Below are positions 30,877-40,538 of a stretch of DNA of 64,000 bases, one piece after another. The number at the start of each line of letters is the position of its first letter. The first letter of the stretch is position 1. Both the position numbers and the translations under genes were made by a program. This stretch comes from Treponemataceae bacterium (GTDB taxonomy: Bacteria; Spirochaetota; Spirochaetia; Treponematales; Rectinemataceae). Location of the stretch: assembly GCA_963677895.2 (NCBI GenBank), contig CAXXGJ010000018.1, forward strand, positions 448,001 to 512,000, written 5' to 3'. The notes below the pieces were generated by a model. The model was not told the DNA's origin. It searched no databases and saw only the letters and a program-made list of their open reading frames with translations.

Positions 30877-31812
30877 ATGATTTTCCGATACACCGAAGCG
30901 CCGAGCTTCAACAGTCTCCTTCTCGAAAAAATGCTTTGGGCCGTGAGGGTAAAAGACTCCCAGGAGACGGAAAAGCCGCGTTTCCGTTCCAGGGAATACT
31001 CGAAAAGCATATCCAGTCCTTCGCCGCCCGAGCATCTGCGGCTTCGCGTCGATATCGCGAAAAGCGAATTCATGGGAAGACCGATCCACGCGCTCTCGCC
31101 CAAGGCCGGCGCCGGTTCGCCCCTCGTATTGTTCCTCCATGGCGGTTCCTATGTCCTCAACGCGACGCACCCGCATTGGCGGTTCCTGGCCGGCCTTGTC
31201 GAGCGCTCGGGATGTAGCGTCATGGCTCCCGACTACCCCCTGGCTCCCGAATATAGTTATGTAGACGCCTATAGACTGCTCGTGCCGCTTTACCGAGAGC
31301 TTGTCGCCGAGAAATACCATCGCAAGATCATCCTCATGGGCGATTCGGCGGGGGGCGGCCTCATTCTCGGCTTGGCGATGATGATCCGCGACGAGAATAT
31401 TTCCCCCGCGGACGCGGTTGTCCTGCTTTCCCCCTGGCTGGATGTGACCATGAGCAATCCATGCATAGAACGAATTGACCGCGCCGATCCTTTTCTCAAC
31501 GTCGGGGCTCTCGTTCGCGCGGGCAAAGCCTGGGCCAGGGGAGGCAATCCCCGAAAGCCTCTCATAAGCCCCATCTACGGCAAGGTGGAGGGCCTTCCTC
31601 CCTTACATCTGTTCATAGGGACCAAGGATGTCCTGGCCGCCGATTGCAGGCGGTTCAGGGAGCGCTGCACGGCGGCGAATGCCCGTCTTGCCTACTATGA
31701 GTTCGAAAACATGGTGCACGACTGGATGCTTCTGGACTTCAAGGAAGCGAGGATGGCGGCCATGCAGATAGCGGCCATCGTGGCGGGAGCGAGAGATTCG
31801 GAGATGGTCTAG
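30877..31812 (+). CDS. Alpha/beta hydrolase (HSL-type esterase)
   Basis: LHGGSY, DYPLAPE, GDSAGG, SPWLD, GTKDVL and MVHDW. Confidence 0.9.
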   Translation: MIFRYTEAPSFNSLLLEKMLWAVRVKDSQETEKPRFRSREYSKSISSPSPPEHLRLRVDIAKSEFMGRPIHALSPKAGAGSPLVLFLHGGSYVLNATHPHWRFLAGLVERSGCSVMAPDYPLAPEYSYVDAYRLLVPLYRELVAEKYHRKIILMGDSAGGGLILGLAMMIRDENISPADAVVLLSPWLDVTMSNPCIERIDRADPFLNVGALVRAGKAWARGGNPRKPLISPIYGKVEGLPPLHLFIGTKDVLAADCRRFRERCTAANARLAYYEFENMVHDWMLLDFKEARMAAMQIAAIVAGARDSEMV

Positions 31813-31820
31813 CGATGCGT

Positions 31821-31852
31821 AAAAAAGGGCGACGTCCGCAGGACGTCGCCCT
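31821..31852 (-). terminator. Intrinsic terminator of the carboxyltransferase gene
   Basis: AGGGCGACGTCC-GCA-GGACGTCGCCCT with A6 on the plus strand, which is a U tract on the minus strand. Confidence 0.85.
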
Positions 31853-31876
31853 CGTCGAAATTACGTTATGCGATGC

Positions 31877-33676
31877 TTATTCGGCGTTTTCGACGGCGAA
31901 CTGCCAATAATCCGCGCCATGGCCGTCCTCGACGGCATAACCGGCGGGAAGGGAAGACGCTCCGCTCGCGAAAGCGGGAGGGGTGAAGTATTGAATGCCC
32001 GCTGGATCCAGGGCCTCCTGGCTGTCCTTTTCGGCGGAATCGGAGAGCGCGGCTGCTACGGCGGCCGCGACGGCGATCTCTGTCGCCGCTTTATAGCCAT
32101 CTGATTTTTTCCATTCTTCCATTCGCTGGCCCTTGAGGAATTTCTCGGCCACGGAAGGGAAAAGCTCCAGAAGCAATTTTTCCTTCTCGTCGATCGCCAG
32201 GAGGCTACCGCCCGCATCCTCCTGGATTGGATTGGGCTGTTCCTTATAATTCGAAGTGTCGTAGGGGATCTCTTCCTTCGTGCCGCAGATCTTGAAGCGG
32301 AATTCCGGGTCGACCGGCCATGGCGTTTTTCCGTAGGACCCTTTCACCAGCTCGGCGAAGTTTTTCGACACATTGGCGTAGGGATCTTCGCCCTTAATTT
32401 TTGAAACGACATAATTGACAGCCTGCACACCGACGATCTGGCTCGTGGGCGTCACGAGGGGCGGAACGCCCGCATCGAGCCTTACGATGGGTACTACCTT
32501 CAACACCTCATTGAGGTGCTGTTCCAGTTTGGCTTCTTTCAGCTGGGCCATCATGTTGGTATACATGCCGCCAGGGATCTGCGCGGTCTGGACGATGGCA
32601 TCAGGTTCGGGATAGTTGAAGGCGGCTTCGATCTGCCTGCATCGCTCGAGAGCCTTCGTGAATTTGCCGCCGACCGTGAACTCCAGCGCGTCGTCGAAGA
32701 GGCTGTTGAGTTCGGGCGGGAGCCTGTCCTTGGATAGGTCCATCGCGGGAGGCAGCCTCTTGTACTGATCGAATTTGGAGAGTTCGGCCCTTATGTCGCG
32801 GAGCGCCGCGTCGATTTTGGCCACGGCGGCGTTGTCGACGCCGGTTTCCATCCCCAGCTTGTCGGCGAAAATCCTGATGATCTCGTATGCGGGCGCCGCG
32901 GGTCCGCCGGAGAAAGAGAGCATGGCCGTATCGACGATGTCGACGCCGTTCACCATGGCGGAGAGAAGGCTTGCCACGCCGTATCCGGGGGTGCAGTGGG
33001 TATGAAGATCGATGGGGACGCTCACCTCGTTTTTCAGGGCTTTTATAAGCCTGGCCGACTTCACCGGATCGATGAGTCCGGCCATGTCCTTGATGGTGAT
33101 CATGTCGGCGCCGACGGCTTCGAGCGTCTTGGCTTTTTTCACGAAATAGTCAATGTTGAAAATGTCGTTGGGCAGGTGCTTGCCTGATATGAAGGACCTG
33201 AATCTTTCCGTCCCCGAGAACTTCGGATCCACGGTGTAGCAGACGGCGCAATCGGCCATTCCGCCGGCTTCCTTGACGAAGTTTATGGATGATTTCATGT
33301 TTTCGATATCGTTGAGGGCGTCGAAAATACGCATGATGTCGATGCCCGAAGCGACCGCGTTCCTGCAGAAGCCGCCGATGACCGAATCGGGGTAGGGATT
33401 ATAGCCGAAAAGGTTTCTTCCCCTGGAGAGGGCGGTAAGCTTGGAGGCTCCGCCGATCCCTGCCTTGATGGACTCCAGCCGCTGCCAGGGGCTTTCATTG
33501 AGGTAGCGCATCACCGAATCGGGTACCGCTCCTCCCCATACTTCCATGGCGAAGAAATGCGCGTCGCGGTAGTCCGGGAGGACTCTGTCCACCTGGGCCT
33601 GGTTCATCCTCGTAGCGAACTGGGATTGCTGACCATCGCGCAGTGTCAGATCCCTTATCTTGAGCTGTTTCTTCAT
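31877..33676 (-). CDS. Pyruvate/oxaloacetate carboxyltransferase (OadA / PycB / transcarboxylase 5S-like) without a biotinyl domain
   Basis: LRDGQQS..ATRM, EVWGGA, RIFDALN, IKDMAG, LHTHCT, QIPGGM and PLVTPTSQIVG; no AMKM motif. Confidence 0.9.
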   Translation of the reverse strand: MKKQLKIRDLTLRDGQQSQFATRMNQAQVDRVLPDYRDAHFFAMEVWGGAVPDSVMRYLNESPWQRLESIKAGIGGASKLTALSRGRNLFGYNPYPDSVIGGFCRNAVASGIDIMRIFDALNDIENMKSSINFVKEAGGMADCAVCYTVDPKFSGTERFRSFISGKHLPNDIFNIDYFVKKAKTLEAVGADMITIKDMAGLIDPVKSARLIKALKNEVSVPIDLHTHCTPGYGVASLLSAMVNGVDIVDTAMLSFSGGPAAPAYEIIRIFADKLGMETGVDNAAVAKIDAALRDIRAELSKFDQYKRLPPAMDLSKDRLPPELNSLFDDALEFTVGGKFTKALERCRQIEAAFNYPEPDAIVQTAQIPGGMYTNMMAQLKEAKLEQHLNEVLKVVPIVRLDAGVPPLVTPTSQIVGVQAVNYVVSKIKGEDPYANVSKNFAELVKGSYGKTPWPVDPEFRFKICGTKEEIPYDTSNYKEQPNPIQEDAGGSLLAIDEKEKLLLELFPSVAEKFLKGQRMEEWKKSDGYKAATEIAVAAAVAAALSDSAEKDSQEALDPAGIQYFTPPAFASGASSLPAGYAVEDGHGADYWQFAVENAE

Positions 33677-33776
33677 ATCGAAAGTCCTCCGATAAATTAT
33701 GCCGTTATTTTTATCAAATAAGTATACATCCTGAAAAGAGGATCGAGAAGTGGGCCAGCGGTCGGGTACTATTCTT

Positions 33777-33805
33777 TTGACAGAATCCCTTTATTCGGCT
33801 ATAAT
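33777..33805 (+). promoter_or_regulatory. Consensus sigma70 promoter of the kor-mcm operon
   Basis: TTGACA-N17-TATAAT. Confidence 0.8.
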
Positions 33806-33939
33806 AACGGATATGCCGCATTCCTAGACTAGCCTCGAACAAATTTTATCCAAGCTATTTCTGTCTTGTTCCTGGCGCCTTGGAAAAAATTCCGACCTGT
33901 ATAGGCCGGGAGCGGCGCAAACATCGTTGAGCAGGGTAT

Positions 33940-34215
33940 ATGGCTGAACAAAAAAAAGGCTATTATCATGTGATCCGCGAGAAGTACTGCAAAGGCTGCG
34001 GCATATGTGTCGCATTCTGCCCCAAACATCTTCTCGTGCTGAAAAACGGCAAGGTTTTCCCCGAGAAACCTGAAATCTGCATCGGGTGCCGCATGTGCGA
34101 ATTCAGGTGCCCGGACTATGCGATCGAGGTAAAGCCGCTCGAAAAAGAGCCCAACCACGGACACAACGTGGATGCCTACGATCTCAGTCTGCCGCCGGAG
34201 GCGCACAATGGCTAA
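33940..34215 (+). CDS. korD: 2x[4Fe-4S] ferredoxin, 2-oxoacid:ferredoxin oxidoreductase delta subunit
   Basis: CKGCGICVAFCP and CIGCRMCEFRCP. Confidence 0.85.
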   Translation: MAEQKKGYYHVIREKYCKGCGICVAFCPKHLLVLKNGKVFPEKPEICIGCRMCEFRCPDYAIEVKPLEKEPNHGHNVDAYDLSLPPEAHNG

Positions 34216-35341
34216 TATCGTCAAACTCATGCAGGGAAATGAAGCGTGCACTATGGGCGCGCTCGCCGCCGGACTCCAGTTCTTCGGCGGCTACCCGATT
34301 ACCCCTTCCACCGAGATAGCCGAGATGTGCTCCGAGGAGCTGCCCAAGGTCGGCGGTAAATTCATTCAGATGGAAGACGAGATCGGCTCCATCGCCGCGT
34401 GCATCGGCGCTTCCCTCACCGGGAAGAAGGCCATGACCGCCACGTCGGGTCCCGGATTCTCCTTGATGCAGGAAAACATCGGCTATGCCTGTCTCTGCGA
34501 AATTCCCGTCGTCATCATCAATGTTCAGCGAATGGGCCCTTCCACGGGCATGCCTACCAGCCCCGCCCAGGGCGATGTAATGCAGGCGCGCTGGGGCACC
34601 CATGGCGATCATTCCATCATCGTCCTCACTCCGGGTAACGTGAAGGAATGTTTCGAACTCACCTTCAAGGCCTTCGTCCTCTCGGAAAAATACAGGATTC
34701 CCGTCATCGTCCTGGCCGACGAGGTCATCTGCCATATGAGGGAAAAGGTGGTTCTGCCCGATCCCAAAACCTACAAGATTCCCATGCGCGCCATGCCGGA
34801 ATCCCCGGCCGGGTACAAGCCATACGCGGCCGATCCCGATGGCGGCGTGCCTCTCATGGCGCCCTTCGGCAAGGGTTACCGCTGGCACTGCACTGGTCTG
34901 TTCCACGACGAAACGGGAGCCCCATCGGGCAAGCCCGCCGTCGCCAACACTCTTTTGCGGCGGCTCGATCGAAAAATCGAGAAGAACAAGGCCGAATTCG
35001 AGGATTATTTCGCCGAAAACCTGGATGACTGCGACGTCGCTGTCGTTTCCTTCGGTTCCTCGGCCATGGCCGCCCTGTCGGCGGTGAGGCGGGCGCGCGC
35101 GGAAGGCTTGAAGGCCGGCATGCTCAGGCTCAAGACCATGTGGCCTTTCCCCGACGAAACCGTGCGAAGATTGACTTCCAGCGCGAAAACGATAATCGTT
35201 CCCGAGATGAATCTTGGCCAGGTCGCCCTCGAAGTGGAGCGCGTGATCCACGGCAAGGCGGATGTCGTAAAGCTCGGGAAGGTGAACGGCGAACTTTTCC
35301 ACCCCGACGAAGTGTACGCGGCCCTCAAGGAGGCCTTCTGA
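34208..35341 (+). CDS. korA: 2-oxoacid:ferredoxin oxidoreductase alpha subunit
   Basis: GNEA, GYPITPSTE, QMEDE, TATSGPGFSLMQE and QRMGPSTG; ATG 34208. Confidence 0.9.
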   Translation: MANIVKLMQGNEACTMGALAAGLQFFGGYPITPSTEIAEMCSEELPKVGGKFIQMEDEIGSIAACIGASLTGKKAMTATSGPGFSLMQENIGYACLCEIPVVIINVQRMGPSTGMPTSPAQGDVMQARWGTHGDHSIIVLTPGNVKECFELTFKAFVLSEKYRIPVIVLADEVICHMREKVVLPDPKTYKIPMRAMPESPAGYKPYAADPDGGVPLMAPFGKGYRWHCTGLFHDETGAPSGKPAVANTLLRRLDRKIEKNKAEFEDYFAENLDDCDVAVVSFGSSAMAALSAVRRARAEGLKAGMLRLKTMWPFPDETVRRLTSSAKTIIVPEMNLGQVALEVERVIHGKADVVKLGKVNGELFHPDEVYAALKEAF

Positions 35342-36201
35342 TGGCTGAACTACTCGACTATTTCCGCAAGGAAAGGCTTCCCCATATCTGGTGCCCCGGC
35401 TGCGGCCATGGAACGATCACGGGAGCCCTTGTCCGGGCCATCGACAAGCTTGGACTCGATAAGAACAACATCGTCCTCGTCTCCGGCATCGGCTGCTCGA
35501 GCCGCGCCGTCGGTTACCTCGATTTCGACACGGTGCATACGACACACGGACGGGCGCTCGCCTTCGCGACGGGCATCAAGCACGCGAGGCCCAATCTCAA
35601 GGTGATTGTCATGACCGGCGACGGAGACTGCACGGCCATTGGCGGCAACCATTTCATCCACGCCGCCCGCCGCAACATCGACATCACGACGATCATCATG
35701 AACAACAATATCTACGGCATGACTTCGGGGCAGTATTCCCCGACAACGCCGCATGACATGATGGCAACGACCGCCCCCTATGGCAACGTCGACTATCCGT
35801 TCGACGTCTGCGAACTCGCGAAGGCCGCCGGCGCGACCTATGTGGCGAGGGCGACGTCCTACCATGTTACCCTCCTCACCGAGCTTATCGAAAAAGCTCT
35901 ACAGCACAAAGGCTTCTCTGTAGTGGAAGCTTTCGGCCAATGCCCCACGTATTTCGGCAGAAAAAATAAGCTGGGCGGGGCGGTGGAACTGATGAACTGG
36001 ATCAAGGACGGCACGGTCAATGTAAAGGCCGCCGCCGCGCTTCCTCCGGAAAAGCTAGAGGGCAAATTCCTCATCGGCGAACTTTTCACGCACGACAGGC
36101 CCGAGTATACGGCCAGCTACGCAGAAATGACGGCGAAAGTCCAGAGAACATACAACGATTACAAGGGAGGTAACCGGGGATGCGAGTTGAATTCAGACTA
36201 A
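35341..36201 (+). CDS. korB: 2-oxoacid:ferredoxin oxidoreductase beta subunit (TPP-binding)
   Basis: WCPGCG, SGIGCS, HGRA, GDGD..IGGNH and YGMTSGQ; ATG 35341 overlaps the korA stop. Confidence 0.9.
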   Translation: MAELLDYFRKERLPHIWCPGCGHGTITGALVRAIDKLGLDKNNIVLVSGIGCSSRAVGYLDFDTVHTTHGRALAFATGIKHARPNLKVIVMTGDGDCTAIGGNHFIHAARRNIDITTIIMNNNIYGMTSGQYSPTTPHDMMATTAPYGNVDYPFDVCELAKAAGATYVARATSYHVTLLTELIEKALQHKGFSVVEAFGQCPTYFGRKNKLGGAVELMNWIKDGTVNVKAAAALPPEKLEGKFLIGELFTHDRPEYTASYAEMTAKVQRTYNDYKGGNRGCELNSD

Positions 36202-36731
36202 GCGGCTCCGGTGGCCAGGGCCTTTTGCTCGCGGGCATCACGCTCGCCGAAGCGGCCATCGATGAGGGCAAGAACGCGGTACAGACACAGAGTTACGGAC
36301 CTGAGGCGAGAGGCGGCTCAAGCAAGGCGGAAGTCGTGATCTCCGACGAGGAAATCGATTACCCGAAGGCGACCGATCCCGATTTCCTTCTCGCGCTCAC
36401 CACGGATGCGTATAAAACCTATGGACCCCTGATGAAGAAGGGACTGATCATCACCGATACGTCGGTGACGCTCGATCCGGCCATCGTGGCGAGAACTGTC
36501 GCCCTGCCGATTCTGGCTTCGGCCGTGGAGAAGGTGGGCAAGAAAGTCGTCGCCAATATGGTGGCCCTGGGTGTCCTCGGCGGCATTTCCGGCGTCGCGA
36601 GCCGCGAAGTGCTGCGAAAAGCGGTCAAAGCCAGGGTTCCGAAGGGAACCGACGAGCTGAACCTTAAGGCGCTCGATGTGGGCCTCGAGCTGGCGGCCGA
36701 GTCCGGAGCTTCCGGTTCGAAGACCAAGTAA
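36180..36731 (+). CDS. korC: 2-oxoacid:ferredoxin oxidoreductase gamma subunit
   Basis: SGSGGQG, QSYGPEARGG and NMVALG. Confidence 0.9.
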   Translation: MRVEFRLSGSGGQGLLLAGITLAEAAIDEGKNAVQTQSYGPEARGGSSKAEVVISDEEIDYPKATDPDFLLALTTDAYKTYGPLMKKGLIITDTSVTLDPAIVARTVALPILASAVEKVGKKVVANMVALGVLGGISGVASREVLRKAVKARVPKGTDELNLKALDVGLELAAESGASGSKTK

Positions 36732-36743
36732 GGAGAATCAACA

Positions 36744-38411
36744 ATGAGCGAAAGCGAAAAGCTCGAGAAAGCGCTCCAGGACTGGAACGCCAAAGTCGAG
36801 AAGTCCATCGCCAAATATCCTGAAAGGAAGGCCGCATTCGTCACAGGCTCCAATAGTCCCGTCAAGCGTATCTATACGCCGATCGATGCCGGGAACAAGG
36901 ATAAACTTGAGACGGTGGGCCTGCCTGGAGAGTTTCCCTATACCAGAGGCGTCCAGTCGACCATGTATCGCGGACGTCTTTGGACCATGAGGCAGTACGC
37001 GGGTTTCGGCAACGCCGAAGAATCCAACGCCCGCTACAAGTTCCTCCTGGCCCAGGGGCAGACGGGTCTGTCCATCGCCTTCGACCTTCCCACCCAGATC
37101 GGCTACGATTCGGATCATCCGCTCGCCGCCGGCGAGGTGGGCAAGGTGGGCGTGGCGATCGACTCCCTGGAGGACATGGAAACCCTTTTCGGCGGCATTC
37201 CGCTGGACAAGGTTTCCACGAGCATGACCATCAACGCTCCCGCTTCGGTTCTCCTCGCGATGTACATCGCGGTGGCCGAAAAGCAGGGCGTGTCGGCCGA
37301 CAAGCTCGACGGCACGATCCAGAACGACATCCTCAAGGAATACGTCGCCCGCGGCACCTATATCTTTCCGCCGACGCCTTCCATGAGGCTCATCACCGAC
37401 ATTTTTTCTTATTGTTCGAAAGAGGTGCCCAGCTGGAATACGATTTCCATCTCCGGCTACCATATCCGCGAGGCGGGCGCCACGGCCGTCCAGGAAGTGG
37501 CCTTCACCCTGGCCGACGGCATCGCCTATGTCGACGCGGCCATCAAGGCCGGCCTCGACGTGGACGAGTTCGCGCCTCGCCTTTCTTTCTTCTTCAACGC
37601 GCACAACGATCTTTTCGAGGAAGCGGCCAAGTTCCGCGCGGCTCGCCGCGTCTGGGCCCATATCATGAAAGAACGTTTCGGCGCCAAGAACCCCAAGAGC
37701 CTCATGCTGCGCTTCCATACGCAGACGGCGGGCTCGACGCTCACGGCGCAGCAGCCCGAGAACAATGTCGTGCGCGTCACGATCCAGGCGCTCGCGGCCG
37801 TGCTCGGCGGAACCCAGTCCCTGCACACGAATTCCAGGGATGAGGCCCTCGCCCTGCCGACCGAAGCTTCCGTGCGCATCGCGCTCCGGACCCAGCAGAT
37901 TCTCGCTTACGAGTCAGGTGTCGCCGAGACGCCCGACCCGCTGGCCGGTTCCTACTACGTGGAAACCCTCACCGACTCCATCGAGGAGGGCGTCCTCGCC
38001 TACATCAAGCGCATCGACGATCTGGGCGGTGCGGTAAAGGCCATCGAACAGGGCTACATCCAGCAGGAAATCCAGGATTCGGCCTATGCCTGGCAGATGG
38101 ATGTCGAAAAGAATGAACGCGTGGTGGTCGGGCTCAACAAGTTCCAGGTGAAGGAGGGCCCGCCCAAGGGACTCCTGCGCGTGGATCCCGCCGTCGGCGA
38201 AAATCAGGTCGCGAAGCTGCGGGCCCTCAGGGCGCGCCGCGACAACGCGGCCGTCACGGCGGCGCTGGAAGCCCTGAAAGTCGCCGCCATGGGCTCGGAC
38301 AATCTCATGCCTTACATCCTTACCGCGGTCAAGACCTACGCGACATTGGGCGAGGTCTGCGATGTGCTGAGGGGCGTCTTCGGCGAATATCGCCCCAGCG
38401 TCATGTTCTAA
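36744..38411 (+). CDS. Methylmalonyl-CoA mutase, substrate-binding subunit
   Basis: [40 protein letters not shown] and LHTNSRDEA. Confidence 0.93.
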   Translation: MSESEKLEKALQDWNAKVEKSIAKYPERKAAFVTGSNSPVKRIYTPIDAGNKDKLETVGLPGEFPYTRGVQSTMYRGRLWTMRQYAGFGNAEESNARYKFLLAQGQTGLSIAFDLPTQIGYDSDHPLAAGEVGKVGVAIDSLEDMETLFGGIPLDKVSTSMTINAPASVLLAMYIAVAEKQGVSADKLDGTIQNDILKEYVARGTYIFPPTPSMRLITDIFSYCSKEVPSWNTISISGYHIREAGATAVQEVAFTLADGIAYVDAAIKAGLDVDEFAPRLSFFFNAHNDLFEEAAKFRAARRVWAHIMKERFGAKNPKSLMLRFHTQTAGSTLTAQQPENNVVRVTIQALAAVLGGTQSLHTNSRDEALALPTEASVRIALRTQQILAYESGVAETPDPLAGSYYVETLTDSIEEGVLAYIKRIDDLGGAVKAIEQGYIQQEIQDSAYAWQMDVEKNERVVVGLNKFQVKEGPPKGLLRVDPAVGENQVAKLRALRARRDNAAVTAALEALKVAAMGSDNLMPYILTAVKTYATLGEVCDVLRGVFGEYRPSVMF

Positions 38412-38427
38412 TCGAGGGAGTCACAGC

Positions 38428-38826
38428 ATGGAACGTAAAATACGCGTTATCGTCGCGAAACCCGGCCTCGACGGCCATGACAGGGGCGCCAAGGTCATAG
38501 CCCGAGCCCTGCGCGACGCGGGCATGGAAGTAATCTATACAGGACTGCGCCAGACTCCCGAACAGATCGTCCAGGCGGCCATTCAGGAAGATGCCGACGT
38601 GATCGCCCTTTCCATTCTTTCGGGGGCGCACAACCATCTCTTTCCCCGCGTCGTGGACCTTCTCAAGGAAAAGGGCGCCGATGACATTCTCGTGTTCGGA
38701 GGCGGTGTCATACCCGAGGAGGATATTCCTTTCCTCAAATCCAAGGGCATCGCGGAAGTCTTCGGACCGGGCACGCCCACTTCGGTGACCGTGGATTTCA
38801 TCAAGACACATCTAAAAAGAGAGTAG
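38428..38826 (+). CDS. Methylmalonyl-CoA mutase cobalamin-binding subunit
   Basis: [10 protein letters not shown] (DxHxxG), SILSGAH, GGGVIP and FGPGT. Confidence 0.93.
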   Translation: MERKIRVIVAKPGLDGHDRGAKVIARALRDAGMEVIYTGLRQTPEQIVQAAIQEDADVIALSILSGAHNHLFPRVVDLLKEKGADDILVFGGGVIPEEDIPFLKSKGIAEVFGPGTPTSVTVDFIKTHLKRE

Positions 38827-38835
38827 CGTTCATAC

Positions 38836-39905
38836 ATGATTGATACCCTCGCGCGCCGCTGCCTCGATGGCGACCTGCGTGCCGTGGCGAGGCTGATCAG
38901 CCTGCTCGAGGACGGCGACAAGGATGCTTTCGGCACCCTCGCCGCCCTCAAACAGCGCTCTGGCCAAGCCCATGTCATAGGCATCACTGGTCCCCCCGGC
39001 TCGGGCAAAAGCACATTGACGGACAAGCTCATCGGCGAATTCCGCGCGAGCGGGAAGAAGGTGGGCGTCATCGCCGTCGATCCGTCGAGTCCCTTCTCCG
39101 GCGGCGCCATCCTGGGCGACCGCCTTCGCATGCAGGGGCACGCGACCGATCCCGGCGTTTTCATACGCAGTCTCGCCTCGCGGGGCCGCCTCGGCGGGCT
39201 CTCGAAGGCGACGGCCTTCGCCGTGCGCGCCCTGGAAGCCGCCGGCTACGATATCGTGATCATCGAAACGGTAGGAGTAGGCCAGTCGGAAATCGATATA
39301 GTCAAGGTGGCCGATACGGTGGTTCTCATCTCCGTTCCAGGCTTGGGTGACGACATACAGGTCATCAAGGCGGGAATCATGGAGATTGGCGACATCTTCG
39401 TCGTGAACAAATCGGACAGGGATGGAGCCGACAGGGTGGTGAGGGAAATACGCGCCATGCTAGAAACCCAGGCGATGCTCAAGCGGGGAAGAAGCGTGGA
39501 AGCGGGGCCCGACACTCTCTCCGCGAGAAATATGGAAATACTGCATCATGGCCAGAATGACCTCCGTCCCGAAACCATGCCCGAGAGGGCGGATCCCTTC
39601 GCCCTGCCTCCCGTGATGAAGACGATAGCCGAAACGGGGGAGGGCGTGCCCGAACTCTGCCGGAAAATCCTTTCGCGTTTCGAAGACGGCGAAGGCTTCG
39701 GGCGAACTCGAGACGAGACGTCGGGCTTCCATAAAATCCCAGCTCAAGGATCTGGTCGGATGGCAGGTCATGGACTATTTCGTCGATCACGAGGAAAACG
39801 GCCAGCCTGGAAAACCTGGCGCGCGCCGTCCTGAAAAGGGAGATCGACGTCTATACCGCGGCGCGGGAACTTTTTTCAGCGCTCATCAAAGGAGAAAGAC
39901 AATGA
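38836..39905 (+). CDS. meaB: MeaB/ArgK GTPase chaperone of the mutase, with two apparent 1-nt insertions (~39684, ~39802)
   Basis: GITGPPGSGKST, AVDPSS..GGAILGDRLRM, ETVGVGQSE and VNKSD. The expected C-terminus (..GELETRRR.., ..REIDVYTAAREL..) lies in the two other frames and ends at TGA 39905. Confidence 0.85.
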
Positions 39906-40306
39906 AACTCGAAAGACTGGATCATATCGGCATCGCCGTGGAAAAGATCGACGAAGCGCTGCCCATCTGGGAAGGATTTCTCGGTCTTCCCCTCCATGGA
40001 ACGGAGGAAGTGAAGGAGCAGAAAGTCCGCACCGCCTTTTTGCCCATAGGCGAATCGGAGGTCGAGCTCCTGGAGTCCACGGATCCTGAAGGGGCGATAG
40101 CGAAGTTCATCGCCGCGAAGGGCCAAGGCATCCAGCATGTCGCTTTCAGAGTGGAGGACATCGATGCGGCGCTCGCGGAACTCAAGGAAAAAGGCGTTCG
40201 CCTGATCGATCAGACGCCGCGCGCCGGCGCTGGCGGAGCGAGGATAGCCTTCCTCCATCCCAAGGCCACCGGCGGCGTCCTGATCGAACTCTGCGAAAGG
40301 AAGTAG
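39902..40306 (+). CDS. mce: Methylmalonyl-CoA epimerase
   Basis: LDHIGIAV, ELLE, GIQHVAF, FLHPK and VLIEL (VOC fold); ATG 39902 behind AAGGAG. Confidence 0.93.
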   Translation: MKLERLDHIGIAVEKIDEALPIWEGFLGLPLHGTEEVKEQKVRTAFLPIGESEVELLESTDPEGAIAKFIAAKGQGIQHVAFRVEDIDAALAELKEKGVRLIDQTPRAGAGGARIAFLHPKATGGVLIELCERK

Positions 40307-40369
40307 CGAATAAGGGTTCTAAGAAAAATTATATATATTGTAGAAATAATATTAAATATATAAGATATA

Positions 40370-40389
40370 GTTATATATCTATATATAAC
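40370..40389. promoter_or_regulatory. Palindromic operator candidate GTTATATAT-CT-ATATATAAC in an AT-rich island
   Basis: Perfect 9-bp inverted repeat upstream of mmdA. Confidence 0.5.
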
Positions 40390-40538
40390 AATGTATATTA
40401 ACAATTTTTAAGGTATAGATATTTTTTTAGTCAGGGACTATAATATTTCTCGGTACTTTATCAATCATTAGCTTTCCGGGACTGTTTCGTATGGATTCGC
40501 AACAGCCCGGCGGGCGGATGCAAGGATGGTCGGCGCAT

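Noticed and set aside
28506..31812. tRNA-anchored genomic island or prophage
   Set aside because: No integrase, no phage genes and no att duplication seen.
33806..33939. Cobalamin riboswitch ahead of the B12-dependent mutase operon
   Set aside because: No B12-box motifs (GGGAA, GCCACUG) are visible.
39770..39901. N-terminal extension of the epimerase in the ORF track
   Set aside because: This sequence belongs to the frameshifted meaB tail; the real mce start is ATG 39902 with an RBS.
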